A stretch of DNA of 64,000 nt from the human T2T-CHM13v2.0 reference genome, Homo sapiens. The translations under genes and the position numbers were made by a program. The notes below the pieces were generated by a model, which searched no databases, was not told the origin of the DNA, and saw only the letters and a list, made by a program, of their open reading frames with translations. Each line of letters starts with the position of its first letter. The stretch's first letter is position 1. The stretch lies in assembly GCF_009914755.1 (NCBI RefSeq), contig NC_060933.1; one strand, written 5' to 3'. Below, in pieces: positions 1 to 14,000 of the stretch.

Positions 1-899
1 TGGAATGGAATTGAATGGAATGGAATCGTTCCGAGTGGAATAGGAGGGAATGTATTCGAGTGGAATGGAAAGGAATGGAATCAACCAGAGTGGAATGGAA
101 GGGAATGGAATGGAATGGAAACTAATAGAATGGAATCAACCCGAGTGGAATGGAATGGAAAGGACTGGAATGGAATGGAATGGAATGCAATGGAATGGAA
201 TCAACTCGATTGGAATGGAATGGAATGGAATTAACCCGAATACAATGGAATGGAATGGAATGGAACGGAATGGAGTGGAATGGAATGGAATCAACCCGAG
301 TGCAGGGGAATGGAATGGAATCGAATGCAATGGAATGGAATCATCCGGAATGGAATGGAATGGAATGGAATGCAAAGCAATGGAATCAACTGGATTGCAA
401 TGGAATGGAATGGAATGGAAAGGAAAACATTGGAATCAACCCGAGTGGAATGCAATGGAAAGGACTGGAATGGAGTGGAATGGAATGGAATGGAATGGAA
501 TGGAATGGAATGGAATGGAATCAACTCGATTGGAATGGAATGGAATGGAATGGAATGGAATGGAATTAACCCGAATAAAATGGAATGGAATGGAATGGAA
601 TGGAATGGAACGGAACGGAATGGAATGGAATGGAATGGAATGGAATGGAATGGAATGGAATCAACCCGACTGCAGGGGAATGGTATGGAATGGAATGCAA
701 TGGAATGGATTCAACTTGAATGAAATGGAAAGAATGGAATCAACACGAGTGGAATGGCATGGATTGGAATGGAATGGAATGGAATGAACCCGAGTACAGG
801 GGAATGGAATGGAATGGAATGCAATGGAATGGAATCATCCGTAACGGAATGGAAAGGAATGGAATGGAATGGAATGGAATGGAATGGAATGGAATCAAC

Positions 900-913
900 T
901 CGATTGCAATCGA
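900..913. other. Perfect 14-bp palindrome TCGATTGCAATCGA (first of ~47 copies)
   Basis: The sequence equals its own reverse complement. Also at 2008, 13761, 17407, 19803, 20651, 21639, 22552, 23395, 23635 and the equivalent positions in the later duplicated units. Confidence 0.9.
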
Positions 914-1105
914 ATGGAATGGAATGGAATTAACCCGAATAGAAAGGAATGGAATGGAATGGAACGGAACGGAACGGAATGGAATGGAATGGAATGGAAT
1001 GGAACGGAAAGGAATGGAATGGAATGGAATGGAATGGAATGGAATGGAATGGAATGGAATCAACGCGAGTGCAGGGGAATGGAATGGAATGGAATGCAAT
1101 GGAAT

Positions 1106-1120
1106 GGAATCTTCCGGAAT
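1106..1120. promoter_or_regulatory. Perfect three-pentamer heat shock element match GGAAT-CTTCC-GGAAT (first of ~48 copies)
   Basis: Matches the HSF consensus nGAAnnTTCnnGAAn exactly. CTTCC starts at 1111, 1949, 2229, 11061, 12528, 13967, 17603, 20019, 20856, 21840, 22763, 23591, 23846, 24875 and onward. The sequence match is certain; function is inferred. Confidence 0.65.
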
Positions 1121-3882
1121 GGAATGGAATGGAATGGAATGGGATGGAATGGAATGGAATAAACCCGAATGCAATGGAATGGAGTGGAACGGAATAGAAT
1201 GGAATGGAACAGCCCGAATGGAATGGAATGTAATAGAGAGTAAGGGAGTTGAATAGAATCAATCCGAATGTAATGGAATGGAATGGAACGGAATGGAATG
1301 GAATGGAATGGAATGGAATGCAATGGAATGGAATCAACCCGAGTGCAATGGAATGGAGAGGAATGGAATGGAATGGAATGGAAACTACCCGAATGGAATG
1401 GAATGTAATGGAGAGTAAGGGAATTGAATAGAATCAATCCGAATGTAATGGAATGGAATGGAACGGAATGGAATGGAATGGAATGGAATGCAATGGAATG
1501 GAATCAACCCGAGTGCAATCGAATGGAATCGAATGGAATGGAATGCAATGGAATGGATTCAACTTGAATGGAATGGAAAGAATGGAATCAACACGAGTGG
1601 AAGGGCATGGATTGGAATGCAATGGAATAGAATCAACCCGAGTACAGGGGAATGGAATGGAATGGAATGCAATGGAATGGAATCATCCGTAATGGAATGG
1701 AAAGGAATGGAATGGAATGGAATGGAATGGAATGGAATCAACACGATTGCAATCGAATGGAATGGAATGGAATTAACCCGAATAGAATGGAATGCAATGG
1801 AATGGAACGGAACGGAACGGAATGGAATGGAATGGAATGGAATAGAACGGAACGGAACGGAATGGAATAGAATGGAATGGAATGGAATGGAATGGAAAAA
1901 ACGCGAGTGCAGGGGAATGGAATGGAATGGAATGCAATGGAATGGAATCTTCCGGAATGCAATGGAATGGAATGGAATGGAATGGAATGGAATGGAATGG
2001 AATCAACTCGATTGCAATCGAATGGAATGGAATGGAATTAACCCGAATAGAATGGAATGGAATGGAATGGAACAGAACGGAACGGAACGAAACGGAACGG
2101 AATGGAATGGAATGGAATGGAATAGAACGGAAAGGAATGGAATGGAACGGAATGGAATGGAATGGAATGGAATGGAATCAACGCGAGTGCAGGGGAATGG
2201 AATGTAATGGAATGCAATGGAATGGAATCTTCCGGAATGGAATGGAATGGAATGGAATGGAATGGAATGGAATGGAATCAACGCTAGTGCAGGGGAATGG
2301 AATGGAATGGAATGAAATGCAATGGATTCTACTCGATTGCAATGGAATGGAATAGAATGGAATGGAATGGAATGGAATGGAATTAACCCGAATAGAATGG
2401 AATGGAATGCAATGGTATGGAATGGAACGGAATGGAATGGAATGGAATGGAATGGAATGGAATGGTATGGAATGGAATGGAATGGTACGGAATAGAATGG
2501 AATGTAACGAATTGTAATGGAATGGAATTGAATGGAATGGAATGGAATCAACGCGAGTGCAGGGGAATGTAATGGAACGGAATGCAATGGAATTGAATCA
2601 TCCGGAATGGAATGGAATGGAATGGAATGGAATAGAATGGAATCATCCCGAGTGCAATGGAATGGAGTGGAATGGAATGGAATGGAATGGAACAACCCGA
2701 ATGGAATGGAATGTAATGGAGAGTAAGGGAGTTGAATAGAATCAATCCGAATGTAATGGAATGGAATGCAACGGAATGGAATGGAATGGAATGGAAAGGA
2801 ATAGAATGGAATGGAATGGAATGCAATGGAATGGAATCAACCCGAGTACAATGGAATGGAATGGAATGGAATGGAATGGAATGGAATGGAATGGAATGGA
2901 ATGGAATGCCTTCAAACCGAATGGAATGGAAAGGAATGGAATCAACACGAGTGGAATGGAATGGAATGGAATGGAATGGAATGGAATGGAATGATACGGA
3001 ATAGAATGGAATGGAACGAAATGGAATGGAATGGAATGGAATGGAATGGAATGGAATGGAATGGAATCGTTCCGAGTGGAATAGGAGGGAATGTATTCGA
3101 GTGGAATGGAAAGGAATGGAATCAACCAGAGTGGAATGGAAGGGAATGGAATGGAATGGAAACTAATAGAATGGAATCAACCCGAGTGGAATGGAATGGA
3201 AAGGACTGGAATGGAATGGAATGGAATGGAATGGAATCAACTCGATTGGAATGGAATGGAATGGAATGGAATAGAACTAACCCGAATACAATGGAATGGA
3301 ATGGAATGGAACGGAATGGAGTTGAATGGAATGGAATCAACCCGAGTGCAGGGGAATGGAATGGAATGGAATGCAATGGAATGGAATCATCCGGAATGGA
3401 ATGGAAGGGAATGGAATGCAAAGCAATGGAATCAACTCGATTGCAATGGAATGGAATGGAATGGAAAGGAATACATTGGAATCAACCCGAGTGGAATGGA
3501 ATGGAAAGGACTGGAATGGAGTGGAATGGAATGGAATGGAATGGAATGGAATGGAATGGAATGGAATCAACTCGATTGGAATGGAATGGAATGGAATGGA
3601 ATGGAATGGAATGGAATTAACCCAAATAGAATGGAATGGAATGGAACGGAACGGAACGGAATAGAATGGAATGGAATGGAATGGAATGGAATGGAATGGA
3701 ATCAACCAGACTGCAGGGGAATGGAATGGAATGGAATGCAATGGAATGAATTCAACTTGAATGGAATGGAAAGAATGGAATCAACACGAGTGGAATGGCA
3801 TGGATTGGAATGGAATGGAATGGAATGAACCCGAGTACAGGGGAATGGAATGGAATGGAATGCAATGGAATGGAATCATCCG

Positions 3883-6800
3883 GAATTGAATGGAATGGAA
3901 TGGAATCAACTCGATTGCAATGGAATGGAATTGAATGGAATGGAATGGAATGGAATGGAATGGAATGGAATTAACCCGAATAGAATGGAATGGAATGGAA
4001 TGGAATGGAATGGAATGGAATGGTACGGAATAGAATGGAATGGAACGAAATGGAATGGAATGAAATGGAATGGAATGGAATGGAATGGAATCAACCCGAC
4101 TGCAGGGGAATGGAATGGAATTGAAGGCAATGGAATGGAATCATCCAGAATTGAATGGAATGGAATGGAATCAACTCGATTGCAATGGAATGCAATGGAA
4201 TGGAATGGAATGGAATGGAATGGAATGGAATGGAATTAACCCGAATAGAATGGAATGCAATGGAATGGAATGGAATGGAAGTAAATGGAATGGAATGTAA
4301 TGAACCCGAGTGCAGGGGAATGGAATGGAATGGAATGCAATGGAATGGAGTCATCCGGAATGGAACAGAAAGGAATGGAATGGAATGAACCCGTGTGCAA
4401 TGGAATGGAATCGAATGGAATGGAATGGAATGGAATGGATTCAACTCTAATGGAATGGAAGGGAATGGAATCAACGCGAGTGGAATGACATGGAATGGAA
4501 TGGAATGGAAAGGAATGGAATGGAATGGAATGGAATGGTACGGAATAGAATGGAATGGAACGAAATGGAATGGAAAGAAATGGAATGGAATGGAATGGAA
4601 TGGAATGGAATGGAATGAAATCAACCCGAGTGCAGGGGAACGGAATGGAATTGAAGGCAATGGAATGGAATCATCCGGAATTGAATGGAATGGAATGGAA
4701 TCAACTCGATTGCAATGGAATGGAATGGAATGGAATGGAATGGAATGGAATGGAATGGAATGGAATTAACCCGAATAGAATGGAATGGAATGGAATGGAA
4801 TGGAATGGAATGGAATGGAATGGAATGGTACGGAATAGAATGGAATGGAACCAAATGGAATGGAATGAAATGGAGTGGAATGGAATGGAATGGAATGGAA
4901 TCAACCCGACTGCAGGGGAATGGAATGGAATTGAAGGCAATGGAATGGAATCATCCGGAATTGAATGGAATGGAATGGAATCAACTCGATTGCAATGGAA
5001 TGCAATGGAATGGAATGGAATGGAATGGAATGGAATGGAATTAACCCGAATAGAATGGAATGGGATGGAATGGAATGGAATGGAAGTAAATGGAATGGAA
5101 TGTAATGAACCCGAGTGCAGGGGAATGGAATGGAATGGAATGCAATGGAATGGAGTCATCCGGAATGGAACAGAAAGGAATGGAATGGAATCAACCCGTG
5201 TGCAATGGAATGGAAAGGAATGGAATGGAATGGAATGGAATGGAATGGAATGGAATGGATTCAACCCGAATGGAATGGAAAGGAAGGGAATCAACCCAAG
5301 TGGAATGGCATGGAATGGAATGGAATGGAATGGAATGCAGTGGAATGGAATCAAACCTAGTGCAATGGAATGGAATGGAATGGAATGGAATGGAATGGAA
5401 TGGATTCAATCCAAATGGAATGGAAAGCAATGGAATCAACCCGAGTGGAATGGCATGGAAAGGAATGGAATGGAATGGAATGGAATGGAATGGAACGGAA
5501 TAGAACGGAATGGACCGAAATGGAATGGGATGGAATGGAATGGAACGGAATGGAATGGAATCAACTCGATTGCAATGGAATGTAATGGAATGGAATGGAA
5601 TGCAATTAACGCGAATAGAATGGAATGGAATGGAAAGGAACGGAATGGAATGGAATGGAATGGAATCGAATGGAATCAACCTGAGTGCAGGGGAATGGAA
5701 TGGAATGGAATGCAATGGAATGTAATGGAATGGAATGCAATGGAATCAACTCGACTGCAATGGGATGGAATGGAATGGAATGGAAGGGAAAGGAATAGAA
5801 TGGAATTAACCTGAACAGAATGGAATGGAATGGAATGGAACGGAATGGAATGGAACGGAATGGAATGGAATGGAATGGAATGAACCCGTGTGCAATGGAA
5901 TGGAATGGAATGGAATGGAATGGAATGGAATGGGTTCAACTCGAATGGAATGGAAAGGAATGGAATCAACACGAGTGGAATGGCATGGAATGGAATGGAA
6001 TGGAATGGAATGGAATGGAATGGAATGGAATGAAATGTAATGTAATGGAATGGAATGGAATCATCCCGAGTGCAGTGTAATGGAATCGAATGGAATGGAA
6101 TGGAATGGAATGGATTCAACACGAATGTAATGGAAAGGAATGGAATAAACCCGCGTGGAATGGCATGGAATGGAGTGGAATGGAATGAAATGTAAAGGAA
6201 TGGAATGGAATGGAATCAACCCGAGTGCAATGTAATGGAATCGAATGGAATGGAATGGAATGGAATGGATTCAACCAGAATGGAATGGAAAGGAATGGAA
6301 TAAACCCGAGTGGAATGGCATGGAATGGAGTGGAATGGAATGGAATGGAATGGAATGGAATGGAATGGTACGGAATAGAATGGAATGGAACGAAATGGAA
6401 TGGAATGGAATGGAATGGAATGGAATGGAATGGAATGGAATGAACCCGTGTGCAATAGAATGGAATCGAATGGAATGGAATGGATTGGAATGGATTGAAC
6501 TCCAATGGAATGGAAAGGAATGGAATCAACCCGAGTGGAATGGCATGGAATGGAATTGAATGGAATGGAATGGAATGGAAAGGTACGGAATAGAATGGAA
6601 AGGAACGAAATGGAATGGAATGAAATGGAATGGAATGGAATGGAATGGAATGGAATCAACCCGAGTGCAGGGGAATGGAATGGAATTGAAGGCAATGGAA
6701 TGGAATCATCCGGAATTGAATGGAATGGAATGGAATCAACTCGATTGCAATGGAATGGAATGGAATGGAATGGAATGGAATGGAATGGAATGGAATGGAA

Positions 6801-9800
6801 TGGAATTAACCCGAATAGAATGGAATGGAATGGAATGGAAGTAAATGGAATGGAAGGCAATGAACCCGAGTGCAGGGCAATGGAATGGAATGGAATGGAA
6901 TGCAATGGAATGGAGTCATCCGGAATGGAACGGAGAGGAACGGAATGGAACCAACCCGTGTGCAATGGAATGGAAAGGAATGGAATGGAATGGAATGGAA
7001 TGGAATGGATTCAACCAGAATGGAATGGAAAGGAAGGGAATCAACCCAAGTGGAATGGCATGGAATGGAATGGATTGGAATGGAATGGAATGGAATGGTA
7101 CCGAATAGAATGGAATGGAAGGAAATGGAATAGAATGCAATGGAATGGAATGCAATCAACCCGAGTGCAATGGAATGGAGTGGAATGGATTGGAATGGAA
7201 TGGAAACAACCTGAATGGAATGGAATGAAATGGAGTGTAAGGGAATTGAATACAATCAATCCGAATGTAATGGAATGGAATGGAATGGAACGGAATGGAA
7301 TGGAATGGAATGCAGTGGAATGGAATCAAACCTAGTGCAATGGAATAGAATGGAATGGAATGGAATGGAATGGAATGGAATGGATTCAACCCAAATGGAA
7401 TGGAAAGCCATGGAATCAACCCGAGTGGAATGGCATGGAATGGAATGGAATGGAATGGTATGGAATAGAATGCAATGGAACGAAATGGAATGGAATGGAA
7501 TGGAATGGAATGGAATGGAATGCAATCATTCCGAGTGGAATAGAAGGGAATGAATTCGAGTGGAATGGAAAGGAATGGAATCAACCAGAGTGGAATGGAA
7601 GGGAATGGAATGGAATGGAAACTAATAAAATGGAATCAAAACGAGTGGAATGGAATGGAAAGGACTTGAATGGAATGGAATGGAATGGAATGGAATGGAA
7701 TGGAATGGAATCAACTCGATTGCGATGGAATGTAAGGGAATGGAATGGAATGGAATTAACCCGAATAGAATGGAATGGAATGGAATGGAATGGAATGGAA
7801 TGGAATCAACCTGAGTGCAGGGGAATGGAATGCAATGGAATGCAATGGAATGGAATGGAATGGAATGCAATGGAATCAACTAGATTGCAATGGAATGGAA
7901 TGGAATGGAATGGAATGGAATGGAATGGAAGGGAATGGAATGGAATGGAATTAACCTGAACAGAATGGAATGGAATGGAATGGAATGGAATGGAATGGAA
8001 TGGAACGGAATGGAATGGAATGGAATGGAATGGAATCAACCAGAGTGCAGGGGAATGGAATGGAATGGAATGCAATGGAATGGAATCATCCGGAATGGAA
8101 TTGAATGGAATGGAATGCAATGGAATGGAATCAATCAACCCGAGTGCAATGCAATGCAGTGTAATGGAATCGAATGGAATGGAAACTACCCGAATGGAAT
8201 GGAATGTAATGGAGTGTAAGGGAATTGAAAAGAATCAATCCGAATGTAATGGAATGGAATGGAACGGAATGAAATGGAATGGCATGGAATGGAATGAAAT
8301 CAACCCGAGTGCAATGGAATGGAATTGAACGGAATGGAATGGAAAGGAATGGATTCAAACCGAATGGAATGGAAAGGAATGTAATAAACCCGAGTGGAAT
8401 GGCATGGAATGGAATGAAATGGAGTGGAATGGAATGGAATGGAATGGAATGGTACGGAATAGAATGGAATGGAACGAAATGGAATAGAATGGAATGGAAT
8501 GGAATGGAATGAAACCGTGTGCAATGGAATGGAATGGAATGGAATGGAATGGAATGGAATGGAATGGGTTCGACTCGAATGGAATGGAATGGAATGGAAT
8601 CAACCCGAGTGGAATGGCATGGAATGGAATGGAATGGAATGGAATGGAATGGAATGGAATGGAATGGAAACAACACGAGTGCAATGGAATGGAATGGAAT
8701 GGAATGGAATGGAATGGAATGGAATGGAATGGAATGGATTCAACCCGAATGGAATGGAAAGGAATGGAATAAACCCGAGTGGAATGGCATGGAATGGAGT
8801 CTAATGGAATGGAATGGAATGGAATGGTATGGAATAGAATGGAATGGAACGAAATGGAATGGAATGGAATGGAATGGAATGGAATGGAATGAAATGAACA
8901 CGTGTGCAATGGAATGCAATGGAATGGAATGGAATGGAATGGAATGGAATGGGTTCAACTCGAATGGAATGGAAAGGAATGGAATCAACCCGAGTAGAAT
9001 GGCATGGAATGGAATGGAATGGAATGGAATGGAATGGAATGGTACGGAATAGAATGGAATGGAGCGAAATGGAATGGAATGGAATGGAATGGAATGGAAT
9101 GGAATGGATTGGAATGAAATCGTGTGCAATGGAATGGAATGGAATGGAATGGAATGGAATGGAATGGAATGGAATGGAGTGGAATGGAATGGAATGGGTT
9201 CAACTCGAATGGAATGGAAAGGAATGGAATCAACCCGAGTGGAGTGTCATGGAATGGAATGGAATAGGATGGAATGGAATGGAATGGAATCATCCCGAGT
9301 GCAATGTAATGGAATCGAAAGGAATGGAATGGAATGGAATGGAATGGATTCAACCCGAATGGAATGAAAAGAAATGGAATAAACCCGAGTGGAATGGCAT
9401 GGAATGGAGTGGAATTGAATGGAATGGAATGGTACAGAATAGAATGGAATGGAACGAAATGGAATGGAATAGAATGGAATGGAATGGAATGGAATGGAAT
9501 GGAATGGAATGAACCCGTGTGCAATGGAATGGAATGGAATGGAATGGAATGGAATGGATTCAACTCGAATGGAATGGAAGGGAAAGGAATCAACCCGAGT
9601 GGAATGGCATGGAATGGAGTGGAATGGAATGCAATGGAATGGAATGGAATAGAATGGAATGGAATGGAATGGTACAGAATAAAATGGAATGGAACGAAAT
9701 GGAATGGAATGAAATGGAATGGAATGGAATGGAATGGAATGGAACGGAACGGAATGGTATGGAATGGAATGGAATGGAATGGAATGGTACGGAATATAAT

Positions 9801-11000
9801 GGAATGGAACGAAATGGAATGGAATGAAATGGAATGGAATGGAATGGAATCAACCCGAGTGCAGGGGAATGGAATGGAATTGAAGGCAATGGAATGGAAT
9901 CATCCGGAATTGAATGGAATGGAATGGAATCAACTCGATTGCAATGGAATGGAATGGAATGGAATGGAATGGAATGGAATGGAATGGAATGGAATGGAAT
10001 TAACCCGAATAGAATGGAATGGAATGGAATGGAATGGAATGGAATGGAATGGAATGGAATGGTACGGAATAGAATGGAATGGAACGAAATGGAACGGAAT
10101 GAAATGGAATGGAATGGAATGGAATGGAATGGAATGGAATCAACCCGAGTGTAGGGGAATGGAATGGAATTGAAGGCAATGGAATGGAATCATCCGGAAT
10201 GGAATGGAATGGAATGGAATCAACTCGATTGCAATGGAATGGAATGGAATGGAATGGAATGGAATGGAATGGAATTAATCCGAATAGAATGTAATAGAAT
10301 GGAATGGAATGGAATGGTAGTAAATGGAATGGAATGGAATGAACCCGAGTGCAGGGGAATGGAATGGAATGGAATGGAATGGAATGGAATGGAATGGAAT
10401 GCAGTGGAATGGAATCAAACCTAGTGCAATTGAATGGAATGGAATGGAATGGAATGGAATGGAATGGAATGGAATGGAATGGAATGGATTCAACCCAAAT
10501 GGAATGGAAAGCAATGGAATCAACCCGAGTGGAATGGCATGGAATGGAATGGAATGAAATGTAATGGAATGTAATGGAATGGAATGGAATGGTACGGAAT
10601 AAAATGGAATGGAACGAAATGGAATGGAATGGAATGGAATGGAATGGAATGGAATGGAATCATTCCGAGTGGAATAGAAGGGAATGAATTCGAGTGGAAT
10701 GGAAAGGAATGGAATCAACCAGAGTGGAATGGAAGGGAATGGAATGGAATGGAAACTAATAAAATGGAATCAACACGACTGGAATGGAATGGAAAGGACT
10801 TGAATGGAATGGAATGGAATGGAATGGAATCAAGTCCATTGCAATGGAATGTAATGGAATGGAGTGGAATGGAATTAACTCGAATAGAATGGAATGGAAT
10901 GGAATGGAATGGAATGGAATGGAATGGAATGGAATCAACCTGAGTGCAGGGGAATGGAATGCAATGGAATGCAATGGAACGCAATGGAATGGAATGGAAT
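3883..11000 (+). repeat. Variant HSat3 sub-domain with its own interrupter vocabulary
   Basis: Private motifs: TTGAAGGCAAT (4121, 4651, 4931, 6686, 9880, 10170), GTAAATGG (4281, 5086, 6841, 10320), CAAACCTAGT (5352, 7327, 10416), ACCCGTGTGCAAT, and CATTCCGAGTGGAATAGAAGGGAATGAATTCGAG (7527, 10661). It lacks CTTCC, GAGTAAGGGAG and the 14-bp palindrome. Confidence 0.85.
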
Positions 11001-14000
11001 GGAATGGAATCAACGCGAGTGCAGGGGAATGGAATGTAATGGAATGCAATGGAATGGAATCTTCCGGAATGGAATGGTAAGGAATGGAATCAACCCGAGT
11101 GCAATGGAATGGAGAGGAATGGAATGGAAACTACCCAAATGGAATGGAATGTAGTGGAGTGTAAGGGAATTGAATAGAATCAATCCGAATGTAATGGAAT
11201 GGAATGGAACGGAATTGAATGGAATGGAATGGAATGGAATGGAATGGAACGGAATGGAACGGAATGGAATGGAATGGAATGGAATGGAATGGAATGGTAT
11301 GGAATGGAATGGAATGGAATCAACCCGAGTGCAATGGAATGGAGTGGAATGGAATGGAATGGAATGGAACAACCCGAATGGAGTGGAATGGAATGGAGAG
11401 TAAGAGAGTTGAATAGAATCAGTCCGAATGTAATGGAATGGAATGCAACGGAATGGAATGGAATGGAATGGAATGGAATGGAATGAAATGGAATGGAATC
11501 AACCCGAGTACAATGGAATGGAATGGAATGGAATGGAATGGAATGGAATGGAATGGAATGGAATGGAATTGAATGGAATGGAATGCCTTCAAAACGAATG
11601 GAATGGAAAGGAATGGAATCAACAAGAGTGGAATGGAATGGAATGGAATGGAAAGGAATGGAATGGAATGGAATGGTACGGAATAGAATGGAATGGAAGG
11701 AAATGGAATGGAATGGAATGGAATGGAATGGAAAGGATTGGAATGGAATCGTTCCGAGTGGAATAGGAGGGAATGTATTCGAGTGGAATGGAAAGGAATG
11801 GAATCAACCAGAGTGGAATGGAAGGGAATGGAATGGAATGGAAACTAATAGAATGGAATCAACCCGAGTGGAATGGAATGGAAAGGACTGGAATGGAATG
11901 GAATGGAATGATCAACTCGATTGTAATAGAATGGAATGGAATGGAATGGAATGGAATGAAACGGCATGGAATGGAATTAACTCGAATACAATGGAATGGA
12001 ATGGAATGGAAGGGAATGGAGTGGAATGGAATGGAATCAACCCGAGTGCAGGGAAATGGAATGGAATGGAATGCAATGGAATGGAATCATCCGGAATGGA
12101 ATGGAATGGAATGGAATGCAAAGCAATGGAATCAACTCGATTGCAATGGAATGGAATGGAATGGAAAGGAATAGAATGGAATCAACCCGAGTGGAATGGA
12201 ATGGAAAGGACTGGAATGGAGTGGATTGGAATGGAATGGAATGGAATGGAATCAACTCGATTGGAATGGAATGGAATGGAATGGAATGGAATGGAATGGA
12301 ATCAACTCGATTGCAATAGAATGGAATGGAATGGAATTAACCCGAATAGAATGGAATGGAATGGAATGGAACGGAACGGAATGGAATGGAATGGAATGGA
12401 ATGGAATGGAATGAAATGGAACGGAACGGAACGGAACGGAATGGAATGGAATGGAATGGAATGGAATGGAATGGAATCAACGCGAGTGCAGGGGAATGGA
12501 ATGGAATGGAATGCAATGGAATGGAATCTTCCGGAATGGAATGGAATGGAATGGAATGGAATGGAATGAAATGCAATGGATTCAACTCGATTGCAATGGA
12601 ATGGAATGGAATGGAATGGAATGAAATGCAATGGATTCAACTCGATTGCAATGGAATGGAATAGATTGGAATGGAATGGAATGGAATGGAATGGAATGGA
12701 ATGGAATGGAATGGAATTAACCCGAATAGAATGGAATGGAATGGAATGGAACGGAATGGAACGAAATGGAATGGAATGGAATGGAATGGAATGGAATGGT
12801 ATGGAATGGAATGGAATGGTACGTAATAGAATGGAATGGAACGAATTGTAATGGCATGGAATTGAATGGAATGGAATGGAATGGAATGGAATGGAATCAA
12901 CGCGAGTGCAGGGGAATGTAATGGAACGGAATGCAATGGAATGGAATCATCCGGAATGGAATGGAAAGGAATGGAATCAACCCGAGTGCAATGGAATGGA
13001 GTGGAATGGAATGGAATGGAATGGAACAACCCGAATGGAATGGAATGTAATGGAGAGTAAGGGAGTTGAATAGAATCAATCCGAATGTAATGGAATGGAA
13101 TGCAACGGATTGGAATGGAATGGAATGGGATGGAATGCAATGGAATGGAATCAACCCGAGTACAATGGAATGGAATGGAATGGAATGGAATGGAATGGAA
13201 TGGAATGGAATGGAATGGAATGCCTTCAAACCGAATGGAATGGAAAGGAATGGAATCAACACGAGTGGAATGAAATGGAATGGAATGGAATGGAATGGAA
13301 TGGAATGATACGGAATAGAATGTAATGGAACGAAATGGAATGGAATGGAATGGAATGGAATGGAATGGAATGGAATGGAATCGTTCCGAGTGGAATAGGA
13401 GGGAATGTATTCGAGTGGAATGGAAAGGAATGGAATCACCCAGAGTGGAATGGAAGAGAATGGAATGGAATGGAAACTAATAGAATGGAATCAACCCGAG
13501 TGGAATGGAATGGAAAGGACTGGAATGGAATGGAATGGAATGGAATCAACCCGAGTGCAATGGAATGGATTCGAATGGAATGGAATGGAATGGAATGGAT
13601 TCAACAAGAATGGAATGGAAAGGAATGGATTCAACCCGAGTGTAATGGCATGGAATGGAACGGAATGGAATGGGATGGAATAGAATGGTACGGAATAGAA
13701 TGGAATGGAATGAAATGGAATGGAATGGAATGGAATGGAATGGAATGGAATGGAATCAACTCGATTGCAATCGAATGGAATGGAATGGAATTAACCCGAA
13801 TAGAATGGAATGGAATGGAATGGAACGGAATGGAATGGAATGGAATGGAATGGAATGGAATGGAATGGAATTGAACGGAACGGAATGGAATGGAATGGAA
13901 TGGAATGGAATCGAATCAACGCGAGTGCAGGGGAATGGAATGGAATGGAATGCAATGGAATGGAATCTTCCGGAATGGAATGGAATGGAATGGAATGGAA

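Larger units (their letters stand above)
1..3882 (+). repeat. 3041-bp higher-order unit plus partial second copy (1-841 ~ 3042-3882)
   Basis: CGTTCCGAGTGGAATAGGAGGGAATGTATTCGAG at 27 and 3068; CATCC at 836 and 3877; matching ORFs 50..787 and 3091..3828. All share offset 3041. Homology stops after CATCCG (next bases TAACGG vs GAATTGAAT). Confidence 0.85.

Noticed and set aside
300-310. G-quadruplex potential at GCAGGGGAAT
   Set aside because: G-runs of three or more are isolated or at most paired and are otherwise far apart, so there is no canonical four-tract motif.
1226-1270. GAGTAAGGGAGTTGAATAGAATCAATCC (and TAGGAGGG at 41) as an inserted element, ribosome-binding site or telomere-like motif
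   Set aside because: These stay in pentamer register and parse as diverged pentamers. There are no target-site duplications, no TTAGGG runs and no coding context.
6576-7411. TonEBP/NFAT5 consensus TGGAAANNYNY matches (6576, 7401)
   Set aside because: I noticed only sporadic matches. The common TGGAAA-containing words do not fit the consensus, so this is compatible with chance.
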